Shown: positions 8,939 through 19,595, counted from the stretch's first letter. The stretch is 64,000 nucleotides of DNA from Candidatus Cloacimonadales bacterium (GCA_963674825.1 OY771587.1:2816001-2880000), one strand, 5' to 3'. Numbers and translations: made by a program. The notes: generated by a model from the sequence alone, not told the origin.

Positions 8939-10726
8939 CTATTCTCCCTTGACGATCTTCAGGAAGAGCTCGTCGAGCTGCTTGTCGGCTACTTCTGCCG
9001 GTGCCTGGCTCATGAGGTCAACTGCGCGAAGCGTCTTGGGGAACGCAATGACGTCGCGGATGGAATCGGACTGGCTCATCAGCATGACGAGGCGGTCGAT
9101 TCCCGGTGCGATACCGCCATGAGGTGGCGTGCCGTAATCGAGCGCTTTGAGGAAGAAGCCGAACTTATCCTGAAGTTCTTCTTCGCTGAAACCCAGTACG
9201 TCGAAGATCTTGCGCTGTATGTCGGGACGGTGACAACGAATACTGCCGGAAGACAGCTCCATGCCGTTGCAAACAAGGTCGTAGAGTTCACCCTGTATCT
9301 TGTCCCAGTCCTCTTCCTTCTCGAAGTAGGGAAGGTGTTCGGCCTTGGGCAGTGTGAACATATGATGCGCGGTTTCCCAACGCTGGTTGTCTTCGTCGTA
9401 TTCGAACAGCGGGAAATCGGTGATCCACAGGAAGTTGTAGGTATCCTTGGGGATGAGGTCGAGCTGGCGTGCAAGCTTGTTGCGAACCGCGTCGAGCACC
9501 TTGAAGACGATGGTGTTGCGGTCTGCGCCGAAGAGGATCAGATCGCCTTCACCGGCTTCGGATTTCTGTAGGATACCGGCTTTCTCTTCGTCGCTGAGGA
9601 ACTTGCTGATGCCGGCTGTGAGTTCACCGTCCTGGACTTTACAGAATGCCAGACCCTTGCCGCCAACGTGCTTGGCCACATCGGTCAGTTCGTCAATCTG
9701 CTTGCGGGAGTAAGAGGCACAGCCCGGAGCTACGATGCAGCGAACGCTTCCGCCGGATTGCAATGCGCCGCTGAACACCTGGAACTCGCTCTTGGCCAAA
9801 ACGTCACTCAGGTCGCATAGTTCCATGCCGAAACGAGTATCCGGTTTGTCGCTACCGTAGCGGTTCATGGCTTCTTTGTACTGCATTCTGGGGAACGGTA
9901 TTACCAGTTTCTTGCCCAGGATCTTGTCGAAAAGGTCTTTCATCAGGCCTTCGAGAATCTCGAAGATTTCATCCTGAGTGACGAAGCTCATTTCGATGTC
10001 GAGTTGGGTGAACTCGGGCTGGCGATCAGCACGAAGATCCTCGTCACGGAAGCAACGGGCGATCTGGAAATAACGATCGAAACCACCGATCATCAGAAGT
10101 TGCTTGTATATCTGCGGTGATTGCGGCAGGGCAAAGAATTTTCCCGGGTGAACGCGGCTGGGAACGAGGTAGTCGCGAGCGCCTTCGGGTGTGGATTTCA
10201 TCAGCACGGGTGTCTCGATCTCAAAGAAACGCTGTTTGACCAGATATTCGCGGATGGCGAACACGATCTGGTGACGCATAATGATCTTCTGCTGCAGGCG
10301 CGGACGACGCAGGTCGAGGTAACGATATTCGAGTCGGAGGTCTTCGTCGGCGAGAAGCTTTTCGTTCACCTGCACGGGCAGTGGCTTGCTCTCGTTGAGC
10401 AAGAGCAGGCTTTCCGCCACGATTTCAACTGCGCCGGTCGCCATGTCTTTGTTGATGTTCTGCGCTTCACGGGCACGGACAGTACCGGTGACGGCCATGA
10501 CGTATTCGTTGCGGAGCTTGTGCGCCTTTTCGATCACCGCTTCGTTTTCTGGCTCGAAGACGATCTGTACGATGCCTGTTACATCGCGCATGTCGATGAA
10601 AATGAGGTTTCCGAGGTCGCGACGGGTGTGAACGTGACCCATCAATGTAATGGATTGTCCGATATTGGTTTCGGTGATTTCACCGCAGTAATGCGTTCGC
10701 TTTGTGTTGCCAATGAGATCGAGCAT
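8939..10726 (-). CDS. aspS: Aspartate--tRNA ligase
   Basis: RTHYCG, RYLDLRR, STPEGARDYLVPSR, RCFRDEDLRADRQPEFTQ and PPHGGIAPGIDR motifs. Confidence 0.97.
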   Translation of the reverse strand: MLDLIGNTKRTHYCGEITETNIGQSITLMGHVHTRRDLGNLIFIDMRDVTGIVQIVFEPENEAVIEKAHKLRNEYVMAVTGTVRAREAQNINKDMATGAVEIVAESLLLLNESKPLPVQVNEKLLADEDLRLEYRYLDLRRPRLQQKIIMRHQIVFAIREYLVKQRFFEIETPVLMKSTPEGARDYLVPSRVHPGKFFALPQSPQIYKQLLMIGGFDRYFQIARCFRDEDLRADRQPEFTQLDIEMSFVTQDEIFEILEGLMKDLFDKILGKKLVIPFPRMQYKEAMNRYGSDKPDTRFGMELCDLSDVLAKSEFQVFSGALQSGGSVRCIVAPGCASYSRKQIDELTDVAKHVGGKGLAFCKVQDGELTAGISKFLSDEEKAGILQKSEAGEGDLILFGADRNTIVFKVLDAVRNKLARQLDLIPKDTYNFLWITDFPLFEYDEDNQRWETAHHMFTLPKAEHLPYFEKEEDWDKIQGELYDLVCNGMELSSGSIRCHRPDIQRKIFDVLGFSEEELQDKFGFFLKALDYGTPPHGGIAPGIDRLVMLMSQSDSIRDVIAFPKTLRAVDLMSQAPAEVADKQLDELFLKIVKGE

Positions 10727-10761
10727 TGTTACTCCTGTATATTGCGTATTTTATTTGTTTA

Positions 10762-13005
10762 TCAGCACTTGGACCAACCGCAAGAGGGGCATTTCATGCA
10801 ACCTTCAGCGTATTCGATATTGCTGCCGCAGTCCGGGCAAGTGCGGTTGATCTTCGGTTCTTCAGTGTTCTGCTTCACGGGATCGGGTGCTTCGGTAGTG
10901 ACCGGAAGCGGCTCCACCGGCTGTTCGAGCGATGTCTCCAGTGCTGTGGCGACGCCATCGGCGCAGGAGGAAATTACCTTGCCCTTGTACCACATCGGGG
11001 AAGGACAGCGGATGCCCTTGAGTTGCCGTGCAACCGATTCAACCTTGATGTTGGAGCGCAGACACAGTGAGACCAGACGTGCGATGGCTTCAAGCTGCGC
11101 CGAGGCACAACCGCCAACTTTTCCCATCTGCGTGAAGAGCTCGCAAACGCCCTTTTCGTCGCTGTTGATGGTGACGTACATATGGCCGCAGCCGGTTTCA
11201 ATGCGCTGGGTAAATCCGCGGGTTACCTCCGGGCGGTTTCGCGGTGCGATGCGCGACCCCTGAGCAGCCTGCTTCGATTCCTTTTTACCTACGTTCAGTA
11301 CCTGGTTTTCGCGGCTGCCGTCACGATAGACCGTGACGCCCTTGCAACCCAGTTCCCAAGCGAGTTCGTATGCCATCTGAACATCCTCGCGGGTGGCTTC
11401 GTTCTTGAAGTTGATCGTCTTGGAAACGGCGTTATCTGTATATAGCTGGAAGGCCGCCTGCATCTTGATATGCCATTCCGGCGTTATATCATGCGAGGTG
11501 ACGAATATGCTGCGGATATCTTCGGGGATCTCCTCGATATGTGCAACCGATCCTTCTTCGGCGATTCTCTCCATCAGCTCTTTGGTCGCGATTCCCGCGT
11601 CTTCCAGAGCGGCTTTCAGGTAAGGGTTCACGTACAGAAGCTTTTCGCCGTCCATCACGTTTTTCACATAGACCAGCGAGAACTGAGGCTCGATGCCGCT
11701 GGATGTATCGCAGATCATGCTGATGGTTCCTGTTGGAGCGATGGTGGTGACGGTTGCGTTGCGGATACCGTCTTTTGCCAAACGTTCGATCAATGCATCC
11801 CATTCTAGGGTGCCTTCGCGTTTGAGCTGCTTCTTCTGGAAGATGCTGCCTTCGAAGTTCGGGAACGAACCACGCTCGACAGCCAGCTCGATGGAGCGGA
11901 CCTTGCCGTGGTAATCGATGTATTCCATGATCTCTTTCGCCAGCTCGATCGCCTCGTCGCTGTTGTAAGGGATCTTCAGCATGTAAAGGAGGTCGGCCCA
12001 ACCCATGATGCCAAGGCCGATCTTGCGGTTGCCTTCCACTATCTTCTGGATCTCGGGTAGCGGGAAATTGGAACGATCGATAACGTGGTCGAGGAATTCG
12101 ACGCTGTCACGCACGACGGCCTTGCAGGCTTCGAAATCGAAGGCGTTGTCTTTGACGAATCTCGCCAGATTGATCGAGCCGAGGTTGCAGGCTTCGTTGG
12201 GAAGCAGCGGCTGCTCACCGCAGGGGTTCGTGCTTTCGATCGCGCCAAGCTGCGGTGTGGGGTTGTGCTGATTGATGCGATCCAGGAAGATGATGCCCGG
12301 CTCGCCGTTCTTGTGCGCCATTTCGACGATGAGCGAAAACACATCGCGTGCGGATAGCTTTTTAACCACTTCACCGGTGTGCGGTGAGACCAACTCGTAT
12401 TCCGAATCCTGATGCACGGCCTGCATAAAGGCGTCGTTGATCGCGACGCTGATGTTGAAATTGGTAAGCTCGGAGGTGTTCTCCTTGCAGGTGATAAAGT
12501 CGATGATCTGCGGATGGGTGACGTCAAGGATCGCCATGTTGGCACCGCGACGCGTCCCGCCTTGCTTGACCGCGTCAGTGGCGGCGTTGAAGACTTTGAG
12601 GAAGGAAAGCGGACCGGATGAGACGCCATTGGTGGAACGAACCGGTGCGTCGGCTTCTCTCAGGCGTGAGAAGCTGAAGCCGGTACCTCCGCCACTTTTG
12701 TGGATAAGCGCAGCGTTTTTGATGGATTCGAAGATACTATCCATACTGTCTTCGATAGGCAGCACGAAGCAAGCGGAGAGCTGCTGGAGGTCGTTTCCGG
12801 CGTTCATGAGGGTTGGTGAATTGGGCAGGAAGCAGCCCGAATCGAGCAGCTTAAGAAAGCGCTCTTTCTTCTCGGCGTTATCGCCGGCGATATTGCCAGC
12901 CACGCGATCGATGAGACCTTGCCAGTCTTCGGTCGGGTTCCCATCGTTATCTTTCCTGAAATATCGTTTCTTCAATACGGTAAGTGCATTTTCGCTCAGT
13001 TTCAT
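10762..13005 (-). CDS. nrdJ: Class II (adenosylcobalamin-dependent) ribonucleotide reductase with C-terminal TSCPD domain and zinc ribbon
   Basis: PNSPTLMNAG, SACFV, GGTRRGANM, TNPCGEQPL..CNLGSINL, TIAPTGTIS, KGVTVYRDGSR and terminal CPDCG..CPSCGWSKC. Confidence 0.93.
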   Translation of the reverse strand: MKLSENALTVLKKRYFRKDNDGNPTEDWQGLIDRVAGNIAGDNAEKKERFLKLLDSGCFLPNSPTLMNAGNDLQQLSACFVLPIEDSMDSIFESIKNAALIHKSGGGTGFSFSRLREADAPVRSTNGVSSGPLSFLKVFNAATDAVKQGGTRRGANMAILDVTHPQIIDFITCKENTSELTNFNISVAINDAFMQAVHQDSEYELVSPHTGEVVKKLSARDVFSLIVEMAHKNGEPGIIFLDRINQHNPTPQLGAIESTNPCGEQPLLPNEACNLGSINLARFVKDNAFDFEACKAVVRDSVEFLDHVIDRSNFPLPEIQKIVEGNRKIGLGIMGWADLLYMLKIPYNSDEAIELAKEIMEYIDYHGKVRSIELAVERGSFPNFEGSIFQKKQLKREGTLEWDALIERLAKDGIRNATVTTIAPTGTISMICDTSSGIEPQFSLVYVKNVMDGEKLLYVNPYLKAALEDAGIATKELMERIAEEGSVAHIEEIPEDIRSIFVTSHDITPEWHIKMQAAFQLYTDNAVSKTINFKNEATREDVQMAYELAWELGCKGVTVYRDGSRENQVLNVGKKESKQAAQGSRIAPRNRPEVTRGFTQRIETGCGHMYVTINSDEKGVCELFTQMGKVGGCASAQLEAIARLVSLCLRSNIKVESVARQLKGIRCPSPMWYKGKVISSCADGVATALETSLEQPVEPLPVTTEAPDPVKQNTEEPKINRTCPDCGSNIEYAEGCMKCPSCGWSKC

Positions 13006-13025
13006 TCAAACTCCAATCTATATCA

Positions 13026-14480
13026 TTATTTTCTGTCGTTCCAGTAGCGGTAAAGGTCGTTGATCGAGCAAACCCAGCCGCCGTGTTTCTTTGCATATCG
13101 GATGGTATCTCTATAGAGCTGACCCCATCCAGGGTAATCGATATTGTCATAGGTACGGTAATGCCACAGTAGCGAGATATGACTGCCCTGCCGGCGTGTG
13201 ATCTGGATTCGCTTCTGGAGCCATTTCCGGCCCGAGGCGATGTTCATGCGCATGGCGATGGGGGAGAAGAGGCTCACGTCCATCACATGCAATGGAATCT
13301 CGAGGATGTTGAACGGGCGGTTTTCTTCCAGGTTGAAAGGCTTGAACGGGTACGATATACCGGCGCGATATCCGGCGTGTTCCCAATATCCAAGTGTGCT
13401 GTCGTATTCGATTCCCGCTCTCTCCAGGATTGCGAACGTCTTTTGGAACGAAAACGCCAGCCTGTGGCTACGATAGCCGACAGGATGAAATCCCATTTCA
13501 CGCAGTAATACCAGCTCTTTCTCCAGCTTATCCAGCGAGAAGGCCGCATCGGGACTTCCGTGCAGCTCTGCGCCGGTGTGGTTGAGCAGCGTGTAGAAAT
13601 TCTGGATCTCGGTACGGTAATTCGGATCGACGATGTAGTTCTTACGCGGATCTTCGTTGTCCGTCATGGCGAGCAGGAAGGAAGTCGATTGCACATTCTG
13701 TTTGTGCTCAAAGATGATCACCTGCGAGTGCCTTCGGGTGGGATTATAGAAAGCCCGTTTATCGAGATTGTGCAGCAGCATCTTATAGAGCGCGTGCAGC
13801 GGCTGCTTCTTCATGCGCGAGAGATTGTACCGGTTCATGCGCTTGATTTCGTCTTCCGACCAGAAGTTCCAGTAATCCACATCGTGCGACAGGGTCATGC
13901 AGAAGTCTTTGTTCTCGTGCCAGCGCGGTTTGCCGGAGAATTCAGGCAGTTTCATAGCGAAAGCGCGGTCGAGGATATCGACATAATAATCGACGACGGG
14001 GATATCCGTGAAGTCCCAATATTTCTGGTGGGATTTGGTGAAATCGTAACGGTTTTCCGGTGAAATATCCTGTCCAGAGGCATATTCCTGCCAGCAGGTG
14101 AGAAAATAGAAGGCCGACGAGATGATATCCTTACGGATGCAGATGCACTTGTCACTCAGTTGGAACAATTCACCCTGAGGCGAAAACAAAAACGGCAGCA
14201 TTACTTCATTGTAGCGCAGGAAGCGGAACGATTCGTTCGGATAGACTTCCTTTTTCTCAAAGAAATCGTTTGCTCGAGGACTATGGTAGATCTGCAGCGG
14301 ATAGCGTTCATCTGCCTTCGTACCGTAATAGACGTGAATCTGCGCGGACGAATAGCGATAGAAAAACTTCGGCTGCAAGCCCAGAATCCTGCAAAACTGC
14401 CGGAAAACGTATTCGCTCTTGGGGATATAGGGCTTTTCTACATCCACCAGGATATTCAGAGTGCCTTTAAAATATTCCAT
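13026..14480 (-). CDS. Polysaccharide deacetylase-like protein
   Basis: DIISSAFYFL N-terminal block, then SHDVD, ELHGS, GYRSHRL, YDSTLG..GYRAG, EIPLHVMD and LLWH motifs. Confidence 0.8.
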   Translation of the reverse strand: MEYFKGTLNILVDVEKPYIPKSEYVFRQFCRILGLQPKFFYRYSSAQIHVYYGTKADERYPLQIYHSPRANDFFEKKEVYPNESFRFLRYNEVMLPFLFSPQGELFQLSDKCICIRKDIISSAFYFLTCWQEYASGQDISPENRYDFTKSHQKYWDFTDIPVVDYYVDILDRAFAMKLPEFSGKPRWHENKDFCMTLSHDVDYWNFWSEDEIKRMNRYNLSRMKKQPLHALYKMLLHNLDKRAFYNPTRRHSQVIIFEHKQNVQSTSFLLAMTDNEDPRKNYIVDPNYRTEIQNFYTLLNHTGAELHGSPDAAFSLDKLEKELVLLREMGFHPVGYRSHRLAFSFQKTFAILERAGIEYDSTLGYWEHAGYRAGISYPFKPFNLEENRPFNILEIPLHVMDVSLFSPIAMRMNIASGRKWLQKRIQITRRQGSHISLLWHYRTYDNIDYPGWGQLYRDTIRYAKKHGGWVCSINDLYRYWNDRK

Positions 14481-14490
14481 CTGTGTTAGT

Positions 14491-16809
14491 TTAGAACAGC
14501 ACGGTATCGAGAACTTGATCTACGTGATTCACATAGGTCGCTTTTATCCCTTTGCGGCTGAGTTCGTCGATCTCCTCAAACTGGTCCCGGTTTTCCTCCG
14601 GCAGGATCACATGTTTGATTCCTGCACGCTTAGCTGCGAGTACCTTTTCGCGCACGCCACCGATCGGGAGCACCTTGCCCAGCAGGGTGATCTCACCGGT
14701 CATGGCGATGTTGTGCCGTACCTTGCGCTGACTCAGGAGTGATACCAGCGAGGTGGTCAGGGTCACTCCGGCGGAAGGACCATCTTTGGGAACGGCTCCG
14801 GATGGGAGGTGGATGTGAATGTCGATCTCGTCGAAATTCTCGATCTTGAACTTATATTCTTCCTTTTTACTCTTCAAATAGGTCATGGCGATCTTCGCAG
14901 ATTCCTGCATCACTTCGCCAAGGAGCCCGGTCAGAACCAATCTGCCCTTACCAGGCGACATGCTCGATTCGCAGAAGAGAATCTCACCGCCGTAAGCAGT
15001 GAAGGCCATGCCTGTCACGACACTGATCTCCGGCTTGCGGTTCGCCATTTCGAGCGAGTATTTACGCACACCGAGGAAGTCGCGGACGTTTTTCGCGGAA
15101 ACGGTGACGAGCTTTTCCTCGCCTTCTGCGACCTTTCGAGCGATTTTGCGCATGACTTCCGCGATGCGCCGCTGAAGGTTTCTCACCCCGGCTTCACGAA
15201 CGTAGTAACGATTGATCTCTTCCAATGCAGATTTGAGAAAGCGCACGTTTTTGCCGTTAAGGCCGTTGTTCTCCATCTCTTTCGGGATGAGATAGTTGCG
15301 CGCAATGTTGATTTTCTCTTCCTCTATATAGCTGGAAAACTCGATGATTTCCATACGGTCACGAAGCGGTGGCGGGATGGTGCCCAGCGAATTCGCCGTT
15401 GTAATGAACAGCACCTCGGAAAGGTCGAACGGCAGGTTCAGGTAGTTATCCACGAACTTGTTATTCTGCTCCGGATCAAGCACTTCCAGCAGTGCAGAAG
15501 ATGGATCGCCACGAAAATCGCGACCGACCTTGTCGATCTCGTCCAGCATGAAAAGCGGATTTCCTGTACCGCAGCGCTTGATTTCACTGATTATTCTACC
15601 CGGCATCGCCCCGACATAAGTTCTTCTGTGGCCACGGATTTCGGCTTCATCATGGATACCGCCCAGTGAGATGCGGATAAACTCGCGGTTCATCGAACGC
15701 GCAATAGAACGCCCTAAGGATGTTTTTCCCACACCGGGAGGTCCCACAAAGCATAGAATCGGGCCTTTAAGCGAGTTCTTGAGCTTTTTAACCGCGATGA
15801 ATTCGAGGATACGTTCTTTGGGCTTGTCCAGCCCGAAGTGATCTTTGGTCAGGATATAATCAATCTTGTCCAGATCGAGCCTGTCCTCGGAGTATTTTTT
15901 CCACGGAACCTGGATAAGCCAGTCGAGATAGGTGCGTATAACCGAATATTCACTGGACGCGGGTGACATGACAGATAGCCGTTCCAGCTCGTCCAACGCG
16001 ACCTCTTCGACGTAGTCGGGGAGCTTCGCATCAGCGATTGCAGCTTCCCATTTTTGTCGTTCCTGGTCAATCTCATCCACTTCACCCAGCTCTTTACGGA
16101 TTGCGTCAAGCTGTTCGCGCAAGTAATATTTCCGCTGATCTTCGTCCATTTCGAGCTGGATATTGTTTCGGATTCGATTTTCCAGCTTCATCTGCCGTAT
16201 CAGCTCGGAGAGGTGGTGGTTCAGCTTCTCGTAACGCGCCTTGACGTTCCAGGTGGAGAGTATGTCCTGCTTTTGCTCGATCTCCAGGTTGACGTTGCCG
16301 GCGATGATGTCGGCGACGCGTCCGTCCGGCTTCACCAGCTTCAATCCCTGGATGAGCTCGCGATTGACTTCGCTGCTCTCCTCCACGATCTTCTCCAGAA
16401 GTTCGATGGATATCTTCTTCAGGGCAGTGATGCGCGGAGAGGTTTTTTTATTCTCGGGGATCGCTTCGACTTCCACCTGAAGGAAAGGCTGATCCTGGAC
16501 TACTTTCTCGACCCTGATGCGCGAAACACCCTGCATCAAGAGGCTGATCGATCCGTCGTTGTTTCGGATCATCCTGAGGATGGATACAGCGGTGCCGTAT
16601 TCGTAGATATCAAGCTCAGTCTCGGATTCTGTATCGTCTCGTGATAAAAAGAAGCCAAGCAGCTTGTCCTTGCTGAGAGCGTAATCGATAACCTTCTTCA
16701 GGTTTTCGTTGGAAACCACCAGCGGGATCATGAGATACGGAAACATGACGATGTTATTTACATGAATCACCGGCAGTGTCCGTGGGATTTTCTTATTAAG
16801 ATCGCTCAT
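14491..16809 (-). CDS. lon: ATP-dependent protease La
   Basis: Lon N-domain, GPPGVGKTS, RGHRRTYVGAMPG, PKDGPSAG and catalytic Lys region GGVREK. Confidence 0.97.
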   Translation of the reverse strand: MSDLNKKIPRTLPVIHVNNIVMFPYLMIPLVVSNENLKKVIDYALSKDKLLGFFLSRDDTESETELDIYEYGTAVSILRMIRNNDGSISLLMQGVSRIRVEKVVQDQPFLQVEVEAIPENKKTSPRITALKKISIELLEKIVEESSEVNRELIQGLKLVKPDGRVADIIAGNVNLEIEQKQDILSTWNVKARYEKLNHHLSELIRQMKLENRIRNNIQLEMDEDQRKYYLREQLDAIRKELGEVDEIDQERQKWEAAIADAKLPDYVEEVALDELERLSVMSPASSEYSVIRTYLDWLIQVPWKKYSEDRLDLDKIDYILTKDHFGLDKPKERILEFIAVKKLKNSLKGPILCFVGPPGVGKTSLGRSIARSMNREFIRISLGGIHDEAEIRGHRRTYVGAMPGRIISEIKRCGTGNPLFMLDEIDKVGRDFRGDPSSALLEVLDPEQNNKFVDNYLNLPFDLSEVLFITTANSLGTIPPPLRDRMEIIEFSSYIEEEKINIARNYLIPKEMENNGLNGKNVRFLKSALEEINRYYVREAGVRNLQRRIAEVMRKIARKVAEGEEKLVTVSAKNVRDFLGVRKYSLEMANRKPEISVVTGMAFTAYGGEILFCESSMSPGKGRLVLTGLLGEVMQESAKIAMTYLKSKKEEYKFKIENFDEIDIHIHLPSGAVPKDGPSAGVTLTTSLVSLLSQRKVRHNIAMTGEITLLGKVLPIGGVREKVLAAKRAGIKHVILPEENRDQFEEIDELSRKGIKATYVNHVDQVLDTVLF

Positions 16810-17037
16810 TCTTGCTCTCCAAAATCCATGATTTCAGACTATTATACAATCTACTCCATTTCACTGAAATGCTCAAAAAAAGCAAGTGAAAAAAAAGTGC
16901 CGGTTTGGAATGAACGAAGTATAAAGAAACGGACCAGGAAAATGTGGGATTATCTCAAATGGGCTCTCGGCAATGCGATGCCTTGCTTTTGACCGGCAGT
17001 ACGATAGCGTCTAAGCTTTACCGGGAAGCGCTGTTTT

Positions 17038-17097
17038 GAAACGCGGACTGCTCGTCCGCATTCTCTTCCAACGGGCAGTCATCGTGGTTTGCCCCAC
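17038..17097. repeat. Two short REP-like palindromes
   Basis: GCGGAC-TGCTC-GTCCGC at 17043-17059 and GGGCA-N12-TGCCCCAC at 17073-17097. Confidence 0.5.
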
Positions 17098-17101
17098 AAA
17101 G

Positions 17102-17132
17102 AAAAACCCCTCTGCACGGTTGTGAAGAGGGG
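17102..17132 (-). terminator. Intrinsic terminator after the CTD protein gene
   Basis: CCCCTCT/AGAGGGG stem with an A-run on its left. Confidence 0.7.
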
Positions 17133-17155
17133 CTGAATAAGTATGATATTCTGAA

Positions 17156-18124
17156 TTATTTCAGAAGGATCATTTTCTTGGTAGCTGTGTAGCGGCCACT
17201 GCTGATTTTGTAGAAGTAGATACCGCTGGTGACGTTCTTGCCGGATGCATCGGTACCGTTCCAGACAACAGTGTGCTGGTCGGCATCGAGGTGTTCGTTG
17301 ACCAGGGTGTTGATCTTCTGGCCACGGACGTTGTAGATATCCAGTGTGGTGTTTCCGGCTTCCGGAAGGTTGAACTGGATCGAGGTTTCCGGGTTGAACG
17401 GATTCGGGAAGTTGCTGGTGGTGAACTGAGGCATGTCGATATCTTCGTTGTTGGTTCCAACGTATTCGCTGATATCGTCAACGGTGATCGGGTTGATTGC
17501 ATACAGGTCATATGAGTAATCAACCATACCACGGATGGTTCCCCAAACGTCACCGAGGGTGATCACGATAGCTGGATCTACACTGTCAAGGTAGAAGAAG
17601 CCGTCGTCAACCTGGCATTCGCCGGTACCGTCGTTGATGTACCACTCGCCGTATTCGTTCTGCTCGGCAGTAACTTCAAGTTCGCCGGTTACATAAACGT
17701 AAACGCTTTCGAGTGCTTCGGACGTTGCAACTTCGCCAGTGGTTGTGTGGTAAGCTGCGGGAACTTCGTTGCCGGAGCTAATGATTTCACAGTCGGTGAT
17801 GTTCTTCAGCTCGGTGAGGTCATAATATTCATCGATAAGGCCGCTGATGGAGATCATGTCGCCAACTTCAACCTGGTCGCCCCATTCTTCGTCTCCATCA
17901 TAGATGAAGAGACCGTGCCACGGACCGCCTTCGGGGTCAGCGATAAAGAAATCGACATAGCCTTTCCATTCGGTTGCTACAACGATACCTTCAACGGTAA
18001 CTTCTTCGCCATAGTACGGAGAAGTTCCGCTTTCATCTGCAGTGTACTGAACATCATAGCAGGTCAATGCGAACATAAGACCAGCCATCGCCAATAAAAC
18101 AAATAACAATGTCATCTTTCTCAT
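17156..18124 (-). CDS. Secreted protein with tandem OB-fold-like domains and FlgD-Ig/T9SS-like C-terminal domain
   Basis: Signal peptide MRKMTLLFV, SPYYGEEVTVEGIV..FFIAD..GGPWHGLFIY..GD OB-like block, C-terminal [29 protein letters not shown]. Confidence 0.75.
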   Translation of the reverse strand: MRKMTLLFVLLAMAGLMFALTCYDVQYTADESGTSPYYGEEVTVEGIVVATEWKGYVDFFIADPEGGPWHGLFIYDGDEEWGDQVEVGDMISISGLIDEYYDLTELKNITDCEIISSGNEVPAAYHTTTGEVATSEALESVYVYVTGELEVTAEQNEYGEWYINDGTGECQVDDGFFYLDSVDPAIVITLGDVWGTIRGMVDYSYDLYAINPITVDDISEYVGTNNEDIDMPQFTTSNFPNPFNPETSIQFNLPEAGNTTLDIYNVRGQKINTLVNEHLDADQHTVVWNGTDASGKNVTSGIYFYKISSGRYTATKKMILLK

Positions 18125-18338
18125 TTTGTTCCTCCTTGGATTTTTCACAGATATTCACTGAATAATATGCTGAAATCCATATGTTAATTGTCAAGATATT
18201 ATTGCGGCATCACGATGATTTCTTATTATCTTAACAATGGCGCGAAAAGAGTGTTTGACAGATATCACAGCCTGAAAAACATCATCTTGCAACGGCTGTG
18301 CAACAGCTGAAATTATTTCATTAACTTATGGAGGATCA

Positions 18339-19595
18339 ATGGACAAGAATGGTGAAACGAGTAAAGTCCTGACGATCAACTGCGGAAGCTCATCCCTGAA
18401 GTACGAAATCTTTGAGATGCCTTCCCAGATCAGCTTGGGCAAGGGTGTAATCGAACGTATAGGCGAACCGATCGGAAGGCTCGAACAGCGTACTAAGGGT
18501 GGATTGATCGAGCAGGAAACCGAGGTTCCAGATCATAAGGCGGCGATCGAACTGATGTCCCGCGCGATGGTTGACCCGAAAAAGGGTATGATTTGCGATA
18601 TCAAGGATATCCAGGTTGTTGGTCACCGCGTGGTACACGGTGGAGAGAAATATTCATCTTCCGTGATTATCGATGAAGACGTGATGAACGTCATCGAAGA
18701 AAATATCGAACTCGCACCGCTTCACAATCCCGCCAATCTGACCGGTATCCGCGAGATAACGGAGTTGCTTCCCGCTATCCCGCAGGTAGCGGTTTTCGAT
18801 ACGGCATTCCATCAAACGCTGGAACCGCCGGCATATCTCTACGGTCTCCCCAGAGAAATGTATGATAAATACAAAATCCGTAAATACGGATTCCATGGAA
18901 CAAGTCACCGTTACGTGGCAGCCAGAGCGCTCAAGCTCATGAAACGCTCGCCTGAGAACACCAACGTGATCTCCTGTCATCTCGGTAACGGCGCGTCCAT
19001 CACTGCGATCGAGAATGGCCGCTCCGTGGATACATCCATGGGCTTCACACCGCTGGAAGGCGTCATGATGGGTACTCGCTCCGGCGATATCGATCCATCC
19101 ATCATCTTCTACCTGCTCGAGCGTGGCTATACACCGCATGAGCTCAACAAGATCCTCAACAAAAAAAGCGGTCTTCTGGGGCTTTCCGAAGTTTCCAACG
19201 ACATGCGCGACCTCGAACACGCCGCGTCGTTGGGAAATAAGAACGCTCAGGAAGCGATGGAAGCTTACGCCTATCGTATCCGTAAATACATCGGCGCATA
19301 CGTCGCAAATCTTGTCCGTGTGGATATCCTCGTGTTTACCGGTGGTATCGGTCAGCACGGTATCAACATGCGAAAGATGATCTGTAACCGTTTGGAAAAC
19401 CTCGGTATCGTTATAGACTATCAAAAGAACGTAGCTAACGGCAACCGTGAAGGCATTATCTCCAAGGACTTTTCCAGAATCTCGATTCTGGTTATTCCGA
19501 CAAATGAAGAACTTCAGATTGCGATCGACTCCTACGACCTTGTCGTTGGAATCGAACAGCCTGAACCAACAATGGAACAACCGATTATCCTGTGA
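18339..19595 (+). CDS. ackA: Acetate kinase
   Basis: INCGSSSLKY, GHRVVHGG, APLHNP, FDTAFHQT, YGFHGTSH, HLGNGAS and IPTNEE motifs. Confidence 0.96.
   Translation: MDKNGETSKVLTINCGSSSLKYEIFEMPSQISLGKGVIERIGEPIGRLEQRTKGGLIEQETEVPDHKAAIELMSRAMVDPKKGMICDIKDIQVVGHRVVHGGEKYSSSVIIDEDVMNVIEENIELAPLHNPANLTGIREITELLPAIPQVAVFDTAFHQTLEPPAYLYGLPREMYDKYKIRKYGFHGTSHRYVAARALKLMKRSPENTNVISCHLGNGASITAIENGRSVDTSMGFTPLEGVMMGTRSGDIDPSIIFYLLERGYTPHELNKILNKKSGLLGLSEVSNDMRDLEHAASLGNKNAQEAMEAYAYRIRKYIGAYVANLVRVDILVFTGGIGQHGINMRKMICNRLENLGIVIDYQKNVANGNREGIISKDFSRISILVIPTNEELQIAIDSYDLVVGIEQPEPTMEQPIIL

Noticed and set aside
10121..11263. 380-aa plus-strand ORF and similar antisense ORFs over buk, lon and ackA
   Set aside because: They lie opposite well-supported conserved genes and carry no recognisable domains.
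10762..13005. Intein or cobalamin riboswitch associated with nrdJ
   Set aside because: Length and motifs are continuous with no intein signature, and only 20 bp separate it from the upstream gene.
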